From Rhodanobacteraceae bacterium (lineage in GTDB: Bacteria; Pseudomonadota; Gammaproteobacteria; Xanthomonadales; Rhodanobacteraceae), in contig JBOHYV010000001.1 of the NCBI GenBank assembly GCA_050738135.1, forward strand, positions 1 to 28,294: DNA of 28,294 bases, read 5' to 3'. Positions within the stretch are counted from its first letter, which is position 1. Each line of letters opens with the position of its first letter. The translations under genes and the position numbers were made by a program. Shown one piece after another: positions 27,113 through 28,294 of the stretch. The notes beneath the pieces were generated by a model. It was not told the DNA's origin, made no database searches, and worked only from the letters and a program-made list of their open reading frames with translations.

Positions 27113-27511
27113 TCAACGCGACTGTTGCTTCAACAGGTCACGAATCTCGGTCAGCAACACCACGTCGGGCGGGGTTGGCGGTGGCGCAGCTTCCTTCTTC
27201 GGCATCGCCTTTTCCAGCAGCTTGATCACGATGAAGATTGCCAGCGAGATGATGATGAACGCGATAATGGTGTCGATGAACGCGCCGTAGGTAATCGCGA
27301 CTTCTTTCCTGGTGCCGGATGCGGCCTGGATCACCACCTTCATCCTGGTGAAGTTGATGCCCCCCGTGAGCACGCCGAGAGGTGGCATGATGATGTCGCT
27401 GACGAGCGATTTGACGACCGCGCCGAACGCGCCGCCGATGACCACAGCGACGGCCAGATCGACGACGTTGCCACGCATGATGAACGCCTTGAAATCTTTC
27501 GCGAAGCTCAT
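27113..27511 (-). CDS. mscL: Large-conductance mechanosensitive channel
   Basis: FKAFIMRGNVVDLAVAVVIGGAFG, DIIMP, YGAFI and LLTEIRDLLK motifs; ATG 27511 with an AAGGAG SD. Confidence 0.96.
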   Translation of the reverse strand: MSFAKDFKAFIMRGNVVDLAVAVVIGGAFGAVVKSLVSDIIMPPLGVLTGGINFTRMKVVIQAASGTRKEVAITYGAFIDTIIAFIIISLAIFIVIKLLEKAMPKKEAAPPPTPPDVVLLTEIRDLLKQQSR

Positions 27512-27602
27512 TGCGTACTCCTTGTCTGAAGTGACGAGTGCCTCCCCTGCCGCGGCGTGCCCATTTAGGCACTGCCGCAGGCAGCACGCAACCCCTGTGT
27601 CT

Positions 27603-28292
27603 TCACACGATGCGCCCTCGCATTTCCGCAATGCCCTGCAATTCGGCGCGGAACCGGTCACCGCGCTGCAACGGCCCCACTCCCGCCGACGTACCGGTGA
27701 AGATCAGGTCGCCGGGTTTCAGTTCGAACAATTTCGAAAGTTCGGCAATGATGCCGGCGACGGGGAAAATCATGTCCGCGACGTCGGTGTACTGACGAAT
27801 TTCATCGTTGACAGCCAGCGACAGCCTTGCGTGCGTCGGGTGGCCGACTTCGCCCGCTGCGCGCAATGCCGATACCGGCGCGGAGGCGTCGAAGCCCTTG
27901 GCGACGTCCCATGGCAGCCCCTTCGCCTTCATCGCGGCCTGCAGGTCGCGGCGGGTCAAATCAAGCCCGACGCCGTAGCCGAATACGCAATCCATCGCGT
28001 GTTCCTCGCGGATGTCGCGGCCGCCTTGCGCCAGCGCCACCACCATCTCGACTTCATGGTGCAGTTCGTGCGTCGCCGATGGATACGCCACGTCTCCCCC
28101 TTCCGACACGATCGCATCGGCCGGCTTCATGAAGAACACCGGGTTCGCGTGGCTTACCGTCTGTGCGTCCATTTCCTTCGCGTGCGCCGCGTAGTTGCGG
28201 CCGATGCAATAGATGCGGTGCACGGGGAAGCGCGCGTCGCTGCCCTGGATCGGCAGGCTTGGAGGGGGCAGTGGATCGAACAGGAATGGCAT
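27603..28292 (-). CDS. Fumarylacetoacetate hydrolase-family protein (acylpyruvate/fumarylpyruvate hydrolase-like)
   Basis: RIYCIGRNYAAHAKEM, FFMKP, HHEVEMVV, DLTRRDLQ, KGFD and GDLIFTGT motifs. The start lies at the window edge, so its upstream context is not visible. Confidence 0.9.
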   Translation of the reverse strand: MPFLFDPLPPPSLPIQGSDARFPVHRIYCIGRNYAAHAKEMDAQTVSHANPVFFMKPADAIVSEGGDVAYPSATHELHHEVEMVVALAQGGRDIREEHAMDCVFGYGVGLDLTRRDLQAAMKAKGLPWDVAKGFDASAPVSALRAAGEVGHPTHARLSLAVNDEIRQYTDVADMIFPVAGIIAELSKLFELKPGDLIFTGTSAGVGPLQRGDRFRAELQGIAEMRGRIV

Positions 28293-28294
28293 CG

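Noticed and set aside
27603..28292. Shared aromatic-degradation pathway linking the FAH hydrolase and the FAD monooxygenase
   Set aside because: The genes are 20 kb apart in unrelated transcription units with no dioxygenase or regulator. Both families are common stand-alone genes.

Overview
GC-rich chromosomal window that looks like a Xanthomonadales (probably Rhodanobacteraceae-like) gammaproteobacterium; the taxonomy is inferred from gene order and repeat types. The coding content is mostly a housekeeping backbone: spoT, an uncharacterised membrane-anchored protein, ridA, recG, an FAD monooxygenase, rpmE2 and gltA on +; a nucleotidyltransferase-like protein and mrcA on -; pilMNOPQ and a MoxR/DUF58/DUF4381/vWA/vWA-TPR/BatD cluster on +; and a macrodomain protein, mscL and an FAH-family hydrolase on -. 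I saw no transposase, integrase, CRISPR array or tRNA/rRNA. The unexplained structure is intergenic. (1) The rpmE2 3' region holds four same-orientation REP-like stem-loops with covarying stems and GGA-containing loops, closed by a terminator, which makes it a candidate CsrA/RsmA sponge. (2) A ~100-120 nt multi-branched element occurs twice (7725-7843 on +, 26991-27080 on -) with conserved junction motifs but different, still complementary stems, each time attached to a different REP family. (3) A 154-bp MITE-like element with terminal inverted repeats is inserted in the second copy and itself encloses a BoxC-like REP pair. Promoter geometry also suggests a leaderless spoT transcript and a sigmaE-type promoter for the moxR-bat cluster.
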